From assembly GCA_976226885.1 (NCBI GenBank), contig OZ320316.1, positions 35,526,001-35,590,000 of the forward strand: a DNA stretch of 64,000 bases. The letters are read 5' to 3'. Of this stretch, positions 49,201 to 62,249 are shown in pieces. How positions within the stretch are numbered: the stretch's first letter is position 1; the number at the start of each line of letters is the position of its first letter. The translations under genes were made by a program, and so were the position numbers. The DNA is from Iphione sp. A-MEVVRFRX5 (Eukaryota). Under the pieces are notes generated by a model, which saw only the letters and a program-made list of their open reading frames with translations, was not told the DNA's origin and searched no databases.

Positions 49201-52200
49201 AATCATTAATTTATTTTGAGGCCAGCTTGTTTACATCGCAATCTGTAGCTTCGCCAATAGTCATCGACTGTACCGTGATCAGCGATTGTTGCTGTCCCTC
49301 TATGGTTTGCGTTGTTTCTTCCACATGCTGTCTCGACTCCTTTGTTCTTCGTTCCTTTTGTATTCATTTTTGTTGTTTCCTTATCTGTCTCTCTTCTGCT
49401 AGTCTATATGCCACTTCCTACGTCCCTCTCACTGCATTTGTCTGCAACGTTTTGAATCCAACAGTAGGCTACCTACACAATTTTTTCACTTTCATGGATA
49501 TGCGTTCGTTTCTCCATACATATTATCCTCTTTCCGTATCTTTGCCTCCTTTTCGCTTCGGGTCTCTCTTCGATGTTTAAAAAACTTCTGTCTTGGGTGT
49601 TGAATACATATATTATAATCCAAGGAAAGAGTCGACGTTCTTGTCGCTTTCATATCGTTCCCCGTAGAGTAAAAGCAATTAGAGATGCCATTCTATCTAC
49701 GTGAGTGCAGGCATTCAACGAGTAGTACCTGGCTGTATATAGCCTCATCGCTTGAGAAAAATGGTTACATAAAAATAAACATGTATACACATATACAGTT
49801 ACATGCCCTTGGTCTACGTTGATAAACCTAAAAGCTGCAACCTCTTGCACATAAAAGGGCAGATGGGGGACTGCAGTAAAATGAAGTTTCCCTTTTATGG
49901 CTGGGTTTCCATGCATGTGCATTGCATTGTGGGTTCACTCACTGGAATGCCACAGGAGTGTCCTTTTGGTTCGCATTTGTGTGAACTGCATAAGTCCATT
50001 GGTACATGAAAAATGTGTGTGAACTATGCTAGATAAGTAGAAATAAGAATTAATAGTGAAAAATGATGTATGTGACAGGAAAATTGCTAAAGGTGGCAAA
50101 TGTCCAGAAATTATGCAGAAATATGTGGCAATATACAATAATCATGTTTTTTTGCTTCATCTAACATAGGTTCACTGATATTCTTGCCTTCTGCAAATAC
50201 TGTCTGCAATATGCTACTCTGGTGTTTGTATTTGCATAACATAAAATTATGAGCATGCACAAAAAACAAACAATGCAATTCTGGAGATGCTAATATTCCT
50301 TAGCCTTTGCTCATAAAATATGATGTAAAGCAAAGCTTAATCAATGTAAATGCATGGCATTGCACAGCAACACAAGTATAGAAACTGGGCGCAACTTTGG
50401 ATAGAAACAGCATTCTGACATAAAATGTTTCTTCAATGTACCAGTCTGAAATCATTTCATAATCCAATGGTAAATATGTCTTCTGAACCTCTCCCAATTC
50501 AACACCCTTTATGGATTTCACCTCATGCTGATGCACATCTTAATGTACAGCATTATCCCCCCCATATTCCTATCTTGCAATATTGTCTGCCCTCCCAGGG
50601 AAGATTTCAAACAGAACATAATAGTGTGTGACTTGAATAAATGAAATTATATCCTAATTAGGATAATAGTTAAGGGACAAATTTAAGCTTGGTAATACAA
50701 TGGCATACTGGTCTCGGCACTCGGAGACTCAATGATGGGAATTTTAATTTTTTCTGGTGAACAGACCACAGGGAAATAGAGGTAGGGTTGGTGGAATAAG
50801 TACAGATATAGTTACATTGAGACCCACCGACGATTTGATAATATTTTATTGCTTCCCAGCCGTATTGCAGGAAATTGTCCAAACGGCCTCATTAAAGCCT
50901 CTTGGGCACCATTTACACTACCTACTCTTTTTATGCATTGTGCAAATTGACCACGGACTATCCCTGTCGGGGGAAAAGTGAATCCTCTTGGGATGCGGTG
51001 TTTTTTCTTACCTTTTCATGTCGTCTCGGTTGCTTTTTAAAGACCGCATCAATTCTTTTGGACTTTTTTGGGCGTACCGAAGTCGCGTGATTTAAGCGAG
51101 CTTTTCCGACTTTTAATCACCCCGCCCACCCCAAGGTGCCCTGCCTTCCACCTCCCCTTCTACTATTTAAGGACTTCGACTTTACTTACATTGCATACAC
51201 GTAGCACGAAAATAGAACAATGACTACGGTTTACATCGTAATCTTCGACAGTGCCTTGCTGTCATCATGTCTCAATGCCTGTGCCCGTCTTGTAAGAGCA
51301 GCCAAATAATACACGTGATTTAATTATGCACGTGTTTTTTGTAAAAGGAAAGGAATGTGAGACGAGGGTCGTATCACAACAGGACGCCAAAGGCAGTTGC
51401 CCGGTTTGACTGAGTACAGGCGGCATGCTATTGTGTAAGACTCGAGGCTTGATAATATGACGAACACGACAAGCGTTGGGGGTTTGGGGGGAGCTGCTAA
51501 GAAGAGTGGGGCCGGTGACGAGAAAGGAGGGGGTGAGAAAAAAAGAGGAAAAAACTAGTTTGACTGGTTTTGTTTCACAACAGCTCCGTTCTTCACTCCA
51601 CTCCCTGGTCCTGTTTGTCCGGTAATTTGATTGCTGTTTTGGAGAAAGCAGCATAAAACACATACAGATGCATCGCATCAACAAGCAAATCAGCTGTTAA
51701 GCCCCTGGTCTTTACTGTCCTGACCTTAGATTAAGATACACAAAACATGAAAGAATAAAACGCATGTTATAGAAAATCACATAAATTCTGGTCTGTGGAA
51801 ATATAACGACGCTAGCGGTGCGAAACTGGCAGACCGACTGACAGAGGCAAGGGAATGACGATACAGAAGATTCAGTGGGTTAAGTTTCTAGCATGTGCGC
51901 GTTCAGAAACGTCTGTAATAAAAATATTGGCAAGGGGAAGGAAACCTAAAGGCACGAAGAGAGAGGGAAGATAAAGAGGAAGGGAGTCGGGCGCACTGCC
52001 GGAAAGGGGGAAGGGAGGAAGAGATGCGTGAGGGGTGAAGAATGAGTGACCCACAGTCCTGAATGAAAAATACCTCCCCAAACAGGGGTCAGCCGGAGCG
52101 GACACATTGCACTGCCCTTGGCCAAGTCTTCAATCGATGTTAACCGACATTCAATTTCTATATCGCACCAGCCTGCGTCCAGTGGAAAACGTGAATTGCT

Positions 52201-52764
52201 CCATCCAAGCGATTGCCATAAGTTAGCGTTGTGTGCGATACTATTTGTCCTTAGATACGGTAAAATGGCTTCCGCTATTTATCTTTAGAACGTAGTTCTA
52301 ATAGAAAACGTGTGGCAGAAAAATGTATATTTTGTAGTGGAAAAGAAATGCCCACATTTTATATTTCCATTTCTAGTTACCATTCTCCACTTGCCCGGGT
52401 AAAAAATCAAATACGGTCGTTCAGAGGTGTGAAACATTAAGATGGATGGAACATTTATATTGATGATATGATAAAATGGTGCCTAAAGTAATGGGTTCAA
52501 ATGGAAATCACACTACAGAGGTAACTTAGGTTATAAACAACCATGAATATCACGCTGTAGATGATACAAATCATGCAAATGTAGTCAGCGAGGATTGACC
52601 ATGAAAATGACATTCTATTCGTAAATTAAAGTAGACATGAATGATCAGTTATGGATACTCAATTTTATCAGCAACGAGAGGAACTAGCAACATTAATAAG
52701 CAAAGTATAGGCATGGGAAAATCATGAATAGCTGTATATAATACACAGCAGAGACAACATGAGG

Positions 52765-52950
52765 ATGAACCGTTTCGACTTCAGAGCAGCCTATACAGGT
52801 AGACACTTGCAGCTGTCAAGTAACTCAGGGTTGTGTTTTTCGATTTCAAGCAAGGCAATCAAGGTCAGTTTAAGGGAAGTAAAGGCTGAGTACAAATGTT
52901 CTCGGTTAGATGGCCTGACCAATGGACGTTCTTCAATGAGGCCTTCGTTC
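52765..52950 (-). mobile_element. Possible Penelope-like 3' end (GIY-YIG C-terminus) with a decayed hammerhead-like tail
   Basis: LTLIALLEIEKHNPELL resembles L.I.EAL.I....P.LN, followed by ctgtata-GGCT-loop-AGTC-GAAAC. Confidence 0.25.
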
Positions 52951-53899
52951 ACCGTCTTTTATTGCACTTTTTAAGGAGAAAGATATATGGGCGTTAAGGG
53001 GAAAACGGTGGTGGTGGGTGAGTGACAAAAGAGCACTGCCTGAGACGTGTCGAGGGAGCGTGGTTCGGGACCCTTAACCATGTCTCACCCTCAAGTTGAT
53101 GTAATTACCCACCGAGGAAAGAGAGAGAAAGAAATGGAAAGTGAACGTGTAAGGTGTAAAGGAAAGGCCATGGGAAGGCCGACAGTTATCGAGACAGAAG
53201 GAACACTGGCGGGTCATAAAAGAATGAGAGACGGAAAAGAACGATAAGAAAAACTAAAACACACTCTAAGAGAGGATTTTGCAGACATCATGAGGAAAAA
53301 AGATATGTTCTTATAACCATCAGATATAGGAATAAAATAGAGAGCAAAATATGCAAACATTAAGAACCAAAACGAAGAATAATCAGGGATCAGTAGAAGA
53401 TTAAGGACAGAGAGTCGATCCACGGTGAGAGACTCACGTAGAAATAAGAAAGGCGTTTTAGAGGGTGATTGAAATAATAAAATTTCCATATGTAGTAATA
53501 ACAGATGTTAAATTGAAAGATGCAGGAGACTAGAGCCACTTTATAGAGATTCTAGTTCGCCATCGCAGGCTGTTTGGTGGATCCGTTAAAACGAGCATGT
53601 CAGGATGCCATTCTTTGTTAGTGTCACACCCGGGAAGCTCGACATATCATTATTTATATGGCCGTCTGGAACAACTGCCAGCCAAGTCCCCCCCCCCGTC
53701 CCTTACCCCCTGCAACACCCCGGGGTACCGACTAAATAATGGCATCTGTCTGAAGCTGACGACAGCAAGGTCCGTTTCAACCACAGGGGCGCTGGCAGGG
53801 AATTGGGGGGGGGGTTAGAGGATCCATGTTTTTGGGGTAGGGGGAGATATCCTTCCCCGCGGTAGAGGTAGGACATTCTGCTGGTCTCCAGCCTCCACG

Positions 53900-54130
53900 A
53901 TTTATCCTGTCATGGGACGTACGGGGCTCGCCGAGCACCAGCAGCTGGTCGGCACATACAGGATTGATGGCGAGTGGTAAACAATATCAAGGTAATGCAC
54001 TTTACCTCGACAGGATCTACGATAAGCTTGACAGTGCCGTGATCAGGGACTTCTTTATCTACGGTGATTGTAACAGTGATAATTCCGCCCGCTGTCAGTG
54101 CCTGCTTTGGGACCGGCGCGGACAACTATA
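53900..54130 (+). mobile_element. AP-endonuclease remnant of a CR1/L2-type LINE
   Basis: QQLVGTYR (VG..YRPP) then LDRIYDKLDSAVIRDFFIYGDCNSD (II.GDFN.D). A possible RT piece, SLYGPLL...VNDL, follows at about 54880-55000. Confidence 0.5.
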
Positions 54131-56120
54131 TTGAGGAAAGTGAATTAGAAGTTTCGTCAAACATATGCTTTATCCAGGAGTGATTTGGAAGCAGGCTAGA
54201 TGGTCTAGTCGTTGATACGTTTTCTCTCTTTAATAAGAGTATTCCTGGTAGCAATTGTATTATCACAATGTTTTCCGTTTTAGCAAACTAATAAAGGAAG
54301 GCAGTAATAGAAGAATTCATTTGAACAAACATGTAAAGTTAGTGGGGAACTTATGTTTATGGAAAGCTGTTATCGCCATATCTGAAGCTGATAACTTAGT
54401 TTTTGTCCCATCATGAACATCATCGGCCTATTGTAATATACATATACGTATAAATGTCAATGACAAAGAGTCAAGGCTAATTGCATTGCCACACTTGTCA
54501 GCCAATTACCCAAGCAGGAAAATCATTAGGGTGAGATGTATATGTAGTAATGATTTACCAAGGAAAAAATGTCTTTGCGTCCTCTGGGCTTTTGCCTCTC
54601 CAGATCCTTACGAGAAGCGATTAGGTACAAAAAAGGGAGAGAAGGCTATGATGTACTTGATGTGTGTTCAGCTAATTAGTACACTGCTGCCTGTCAGTCT
54701 GCATGTACCGCGCCCACCGCCACAACGAAAGCCGGCCATACCGGCTTTGATGTTTTCCTCTGTTGCCACCTGCGCGCCCACAACTTGAGAACACATGATC
54801 ACTGGTGTCGTCCGCCTCCCTGTCTTCCCGCTCCCCTTAAACCCCGAACCGTAAGGCACCTCCGCCATCACTCCATCAGTGGCAAAGACATCGTTACGGG
54901 AGGCTGTTCTTATCAGGATAGGTTCATGTCGTTAGCCTCTATGGCCCACTACTCTAGCCTACTCTCTGAAGGAGTTAACGACCTGCGCAAACAGCACAGT
55001 CCTTTTAGTTCGTGTTAAACACTTTTCTTACAATTTGTATTTCCCAAACAGCAAAAGGGAGTATACCTTTTTCCAAACTTTATAATAATAATCAGCCTGC
55101 AGCTTTCTACGTTGATTTTATTAGGCCTTTATTGGGCCTAGTGCAATTTGTCTGTTACTTATGAATTAAAGCAACCACAGCTTCTTCGTTCCTTCATAAA
55201 AACTTATTCTGCTGCTTCCATCTGACTAGTCTGGCACGACAATATAAACAGAGGTAATCGAGTAAATGCATCCATAAACATCAAACAGTTCACCAAGCGT
55301 CATCCATGTCTTTCATTCAGGGCTATCGAGAAGTTTTCCACTGAAAAAACACCTATTCAGTCTATGGCCTTATCTTCATGTATACATTATTCCATCGCAA
55401 TGTCACCATGTTTTTGTCATGATTTGGGGCTAAATAGGTAACAACAAGACCATGTCCATGTAGCCATGCACCGTGTACTGTTTACCATGATCACCATATT
55501 TTCAGATGAAACATATCTCTAGTTTCACAGCTGTGTATGCCTGTTTAGCCGTAGAAATACATGAAACGGGGCCCAGGACCAGGCAAGAGATGCAGATTAA
55601 AAATGTCTATAATTTATATTTCCATGTGTCTAATGAGTTATTTACGTTTTTCTGCATTTTTATGAGAAACTTATGCTGTTATGCAGTTTTAACAGTATGT
55701 CCAGGCAGGAGTAGCTATGGACTGAACAGGTTTATTCAAGCAACAGAGACAGAGGGAGGAAGGCGGAGGGAGAGGGTTATAAAGATGCCTGTGAAACCGC
55801 ACACACATCGATACCTTACCATGACGCAATAAAAGTTTTTCACATGGAAATTAGGCCTCAATTTTCTAAAGTGCATCATATCTGATAAACATCGATAAAT
55901 AGGATGGTGATTATGATTTGGCAATTCCGGTAATTCCACTTGTTATTGTATTTCGGCTAATAAACCCCAGCCGTAATCAGAGATAATGAGGCAGATGGGG
56001 ACACCGCCTATTCCTGGGCGGCATTCTAGGGTCGGAGGTTTTACTCCTAAAGAACCAGTAGTAGTGGCCGGCAACTCAAAGCATGTCCTCTTTCCTGTCC
56101 CTAAATGCACACCTCGCTAA

Positions 56121-56446
56121 GACATCCTATCCTTTCCGGTATTCCGACAGACCCTATGTTGGAGACAATTGTGACTTTTTATTTTTTTCTTGTTTTTTTA
56201 ATAGTTTCAGAAAGAATAAGGATAGAGGCATGTTCCATAAACCAAATTGATCCTTAGATTACTATGTTTCATTTGATATTCGTTTCATTAACGTCTAAGC
56301 AGTAAAAGTGACATTACCATATACATTTGTTATCTTTAGGATACTTTAGCATTGAAAACATAGAAAAATGTAAAAAAAAATGGGACCTACCTACCAACCC
56401 TGTAGGTTGTCAACATGTTACTGGAAACCCAGATATTTTTTAGGCC
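56121..56446. mobile_element. About 325 bp Zator/Harbinger-like MITE (TAA-flanked, GGCC terminus)
   Basis: TAA at 56118-20 and 56447-49; right end tttttaggcc; both ends carry tttcc(g/a)gta followed by accct/acct motifs. A similar end lies at about 30755-30797. Confidence 0.45.
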
Positions 56447-58929
56447 TAATACAGTGCCCCACTGTAAAGAGTAGGGTCGTGGCAAAAAACTTAAATGCTA
56501 AATTATCCAAGCAACTATTTAAGGGAAAAGGAGAAGTATAATACCATGGTGGGCTTGGTTATTTGCACTAACGTTACGAATTATCAAGGATAACTCTATA
56601 TTATTATTCCGGGGTTGATAATAAAAACGTATCATATCATATCATATTACAATGTGGGATGTTATGGAGGCACAAGACTTTGTCAATGAAACATCTGATT
56701 TACACACCATATGAAATGAAGATATTAGAACAGCTTCCATTTGGTAACAACACTGAGGCTCCGCATCGTAGATATCCGGATTTGCTACGAAATAAGACAT
56801 TTCATAAAACTAATGTTTTTTAAAGTCATTGACACAAGGTACACATTCTTAGATTGATATTGTATAAGACATATTACATTGATGTTATACCTGGCACGTT
56901 ATCGACTCCTTTTTTTAGCGACAGGATGATAGTGACAAAACGCGTAAAATGTTACAAACTAGCACTTTCAAAGATATTCTTGTGTAGACCCGTTAACTGT
57001 ATGGAGTTAAGTACAGATAATAACACATTTCATGTAGACTCTAGAAGCTTCTACTTAACTTTGCACATACACTGCAACGGTTCATATATGTGTGTGAACT
57101 TAAAACATTGTTTTTATCATTCCTATGTGCACCGGTAGAATTTCAATATTGTCAGGGGAAACTGAAGTAACTATTTATTTGACCAGCATATTGTATGAAA
57201 GTGTTAACAAAGGCTTGAACCAGAGACTGATTTTGCCAGAATTGCTTTCTCCTTGACCACCATGGCTACTATTAAGGCTGTGATCGCCCCAATCATGGTC
57301 AATTTCCGCGTAGCAAGCGCTCCTTTTCTACATACAAGCTGCGCAAATAACTGTCTGCCTGACCGGGTGACCCAGTAAACCAACCTCAATTTTAATGAAT
57401 ACTTCTTAGGTCTATCTCGCAGATATACCAGCACAGGATACTTCTCGCCAGAGGACGAGTTGATAAATATCCTGTTGGGTTCTCTGATGAGGCAAATCCT
57501 TGAAAAGTAAATTAAAGTAAATGTATTGTTTCACAAGCAGGTAGCAAACATGCAGACCCATAACCATCCAGATCAGGGGAGTTACATTATAGACAGCGGG
57601 ATACGACGCAGAATCCTGCTATAGAGGCAGTCTCCTTTGTGTTTCCACAGTCCTCGTAATTAGCATCACCGATTCGGATGCTGCTCTAGTTATCGCAGCA
57701 TTTGCTGAGCGAGGAAACATTTCGACGGCGATTTCCACGCCAAATTGCCTCCCCCGTCGAATTAGCATATTTCAGACGTCAAAAACACTTTTGGTATGCA
57801 TACATTTCTAATAGTGAGAGTTCGCGCGAGTATATGCGTGTTCTAGTAAGGTTTGCAGCCAATTTGCTTCTGAATGTGTGTTTACGCGAGAGCGTGAGGC
57901 AAGTGTGTTTGTGGATGTGTAATGGGAGCCACTATGTGCTAACGGAGCTAGATGAGGGCAAATATAGGAAAGTGGTTCGATTATCTCTATAGCTCTTTCT
58001 ATATTTTCTCTCCTTGCACTCTGACGGCTCCTTGCCTATCCTTGAGCCATGGGAAAATATACCACCACGCCCAGATTCTGGAGGCGAAATGCTTTTCGAT
58101 GTTTTTAATCCATTTGTCACAAAGGACGCCACGAGCGTTTGGTGCTTTCGGGACCGTTCTAACAGTCCTTGCGTCTGTCTATCAGACAGTCCGTGTCGTG
58201 TTTGTGCTAATAGTGCCAGCGTGTATCTCTCAAGGTTGCTCATGATAAATCGCCTGTTTTAGCCATCTTCTATAGTCTTTGTCTGTGGACAATTTCCGCA
58301 CTGCCTGAGGCCAAACACGCCGCCCTCAGCAAGGCAATTACCCCGTCGCCCTGGCTACCACAGCCCTGCCTATACAGGATATCCATTGACGGCTATGGGC
58401 TGGGCCCATGCTGCAAGCCGTCTACAATAGAACGACAAATAGTGTGCGTACATGGTTGTACATGTATTCCATTATGACCACAAAAAACACGACGATTATT
58501 GCATTGCGATCCACTCGGTCCTGAATTCTGCCGTATGTGTACTGCGGCCAGTCTAGCTATGGCTTAACGTGCTCCTGCGAATGCTTTCTGCCCGCGAATC
58601 ACGTTCATTTTGATGCACTACTAACAGCAGTCCAACACCCAACAGCATAGACGTACCCGCCTCAACGAAGGTATATACAGTGTATCAATTTCATATACTA
58701 CTTACGCACGATCTCATAATTTGTGTACGTCAAATGAACTTATACTGATACTCATAACTTACTATATATACGATTGGTGAAATTGATATACTACCTGGAA
58801 ATGAGTACACGTATACCTTTTTGGTTGGGCACGAATTGCCATCTTACCTAGTATTACCACTCTCACTCAGAGACATAATTACGTCTGCCTGTTTTCACAA
58901 ACACTATCCTTCACTCACTCTGATGTATA

Positions 58930-59480
58930 AAGGCGAAAGGAACTTCTTCGCTGTCTAGAATGGGGGCTTTATTTATCTGGGAAGGCTGATACCGTAATAT
59001 GAAAGGCTGCCTTAGGGTCGTAATTACCATTAAACGTAACCAAGGCCTCCTAGCCAACGCACAGATGATAGACCACAAATTATATGTAATTGCACGCCCA
59101 GACGCATACTGAGGAGTGGTATGGCGACGAAGTGCATACAAAAGTTCTGGTGGAGACCAGCAGAAACCCACTGCACCTCCCAACGACTTGCCATATTCCT
59201 CTGACCTTAGCCCTTCTGCTCAGCTCTCGCTACGACAGCCGCATCGAACAGCATTATGACGTAATGGGCAATGTCTGAATTTCAGCTGTCATTTTCTCCA
59301 GGCCGAGCCGACAAAAAGCAGAGCATTTTCGTGCATTTATTGGATTTCTTTTACTTTCCACTAGACGCTGTCTAAAAAGAACGACCTTACGACTTCTACT
59401 GAACATACATAGTGATTACGTATTTGCCGCGATTAACAACCTACCATATAAATTAAGATTTTATTGACATTATCAACGGG
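58930..59480 (+). mobile_element. Mariner-like transposase remnant (catalytic C-terminal half)
   Basis: In one frame: CLRVVITIKRNQGLL (L..AI..KRPG.L), LYVIARP (LHDNARP) and PYSSDLSPSA (PYSPDLAPSD); later HFRAFIG...RRCL (F..GI..L..RW.KC). Confidence 0.6.
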
Positions 59481-59899
59481 TAAATACAGCTTATTTGCTC
59501 GTATCTTTGTATGAAATTCTGAGCAACAGCTGGTCTAACAGACGAGTGTCTCCAGGGTAAGGAGCCCTCAGATCTGCAGGGGAACGACTGAGTATCGTAG
59601 ACCTCCTTTCCATACAGCAGTTAAAGACCAGTATGCCACTGACGTTATCGATCGGTAGAAAGTCTTATTAATGGCCTGGGCGTACCTGTGTCGGGACCAA
59701 GTGCAAGAGCATCAAAGGCATCAAGTCTGCTTGTTGTCACTCGTTGTATCGACTAGATTTACATTCATATCTGGCGGTCACCCCTGCCAACCCGGTGCTG
59801 CTATGGTACTGCTGCAAACTAGATCGTCGCTCGAAATTGAAGGAGCCGCTCTTTTTCTACGCTTTTGATGTGTTCTTTACCCTGCTACAATTATGCTGC

Positions 59900-60300
59900 A
59901 TACTGCTTCCAATGTTGCCTTGATAGACCTAAAGGGAAATAGCAAATATGTAGTATTTACCCTGAAGGTGCAACATTATCTAGTTTGACCATAGTGTACT
60001 TTTAACTGATTGCTGATATGTAATACCCCACCTGACACAAATATGTTAATATGCCGACAGGAGACCCTTTTTATAATTATTTTTGCCGACAGCTTTATGG
60101 CCTCAGGTACCTGTCTCCTGTAATGTACATTCCACTTACGTAGGTTTAACGTTTCGCTCAACAACACGTTAATATCCTACGAGATTGGTTGGTTTCTTGG
60201 GTATCGGCGGTGATTACAAATGGAATTGTTATCAGCAATTTACACTGATACATGATAAGAAGGCTTCAAAGAGGCGCAGTTGTTTTTAAAATTCTGGTAC
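59900..60300 (-). mobile_element. CR1/L2-type ORF2 C-terminal remnant
   Basis: *DINVLLSETL..KWNVHY...EAIKL..IIKR resembles KDLGV.I...L.W..H....KA...L..I.R. Confidence 0.4.
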
Positions 60301-61189
60301 GGCGTGAAATTATAATGGTTAAGAGCTTCTGTCTCCCTTTTCATATCTTTCGTCTCGGTTTTTTGTCGATGTTGGCATGACTGAGGATGTGCCTATGCCA
60401 CTTTTTTTCTGAAAAGATGAATTTCCTTTAAAATTTGACTCCATTCAGGTATGTATTATTTCATGAATAGCCGACGGGTGGAACATCAATGCACCAGAAG
60501 GTACAATACATGTATTTCTCTCAGGTAAAATTCACACCGATCTCCATAACGCATCTTTTCCTAGGGACTTTACTAAATACGACTTCAAAGGAACACGAGC
60601 ATTTAAAACAGGTGCGAAAGCAAATGGAAACGCAGTTTGCAGTCATTTTCGTTGGTCGGTGAATTTTTGGAGCCTGGGCTTGCCTGAATGGGTGGGAGAG
60701 GGACAAGTGAATCTGAGTGCATGTGCGTGATGATGCTGTGTGTGCACCCTGACGTGCTGGATCTTCGTAACGTCCCAGGGTTTCTAGAAACGACATCCCT
60801 ACTTGTCAACCTGCAATACCTGTCTACCCTTCAATAGCGCCCCTTGCCCTCCTCCATAGCACTCCACTCAAATACGGTACCTCCTGCCCTCCCCTCGCAC
60901 GGCACGGGTGCACCGTAGCCCCTGTTGTTCATTTGCGGAACAGGAGGGAGGGAAAATACGGGCTGTAGCCCACCGACTTCAAGCGGCATCCTTAATGTGT
61001 ATGTACTGCAGAGCTCAAATAGAGAGAGGAAAAAACGTAGCCGAGAGCATCGTGCCCCCCAATGCAGCGTGAGAAGAGGCTTTATTTACCAGGTAGTTAA
61101 TGGCTACCGCTCCAGGCTGGACCTGCTTGATCTGATCCTCACTGACAGGTCAGCCGCCTGCCGAGGCAGCTAGTGCGGAAACCACACGG

Positions 61190-61385
61190 AAGGGGCGCCA
61201 CGGTAGCGCCTTTGCCCTAGCTATCGTTCCGCTTCGCCGCGCCGTATGACATCATCGTATTGGCTACAAAATGGCCGACAACAATGGCGGTCGATCGATT
61301 TGATTGGTTCCGGGGCAGGTCGGCCTGCCGCTTTGAATATGTCGGAGCGGGATTAGACAGAATGGAGCTGACGTAATTAGGCGGG
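61190..61385. promoter_or_regulatory. CpG-rich cluster of promoter-type motifs
   Basis: tgacatca, tattggct, aaaatggcc, caatggcgg, gattggtt and tgacgtaa within about 200 bp (CRE/AP1-, CCAAT- and YY1-like). Motif match only. Confidence 0.3.
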
Positions 61386-62249
61386 GCACCCTCCCATCTC
61401 TCTTCATGGCGTAAATGACCGTCAAGCGCTGGATGATGCGAACAGTTTTGTTCAAGGAGAGCTAATGACGCCGGTTCTCTCGCATTAAGGTTAATAATAC
61501 GTTAGAAATAGACTCACAACCAATGATTCAACCTTCTCCCGACAAAACGCATCCATCCTCCCCTCCAAAATCAACCAGCAGTGCCAGCGCCTGGCTGCAG
61601 GGAGCAGAAACCGCAACTTTCTCTTTTTTAATCTCATCATCGATTATCTCCCTCACATGTCTTTGAGCTCAAAAATCCATCAATCGGATGGGATGCTGGC
61701 TTCCACCGTGATGGTGGCGGCGGTGGTGGTGGTGAGGAGAAGGAGGAGGACTAGAAAAAACATCATTTCTAAAAAGCCGGTGTCATTAGAGAGATGCACA
61801 GCGAACCATAAATCAAGGTTTTCGGTGGGACGCATATTAAGGGAAAACGCGGTCTGTGCGGCACCGGACGTTCAATTGGCGTCATGGGTGGGCATAATTG
61901 TATTTGCAGGAGGGAAGATTTTAGACTGTCCGTGACACCAAGGGTCCCCCCCTCCAACGCCGGTGGTCATTCTTGTGGACGGGATGAGGGGAAGCTAACT
62001 GGAAGTGGGGACAGTGGGCGGTGGGCGGTGGGAGTCGAAGGGGGAGAGCAGGACCAATAAGACTGAGACGAAAGTCCCTTGCCTGCTATGTATCATGTTC
62101 CGGTGCCGCCGCCGCGGGCGACAACGACACCGCCGAGGCCGCGACGGCGGCACCGCGCGCCCAGAGTGCGCGGGCTTCGATTGTCCTCCATCCGGGGCAG
62201 CGGCTTTTTCTTTTCCACCCGAGAAAATTTGATTACCCCATTCACAGGC

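Noticed and set aside
53910-54125. Minus-strand ORF with an Ig-like beta-strand pattern
   Set aside because: Better explained as the antisense of the plus-strand endonuclease remnant (GDCN motif).
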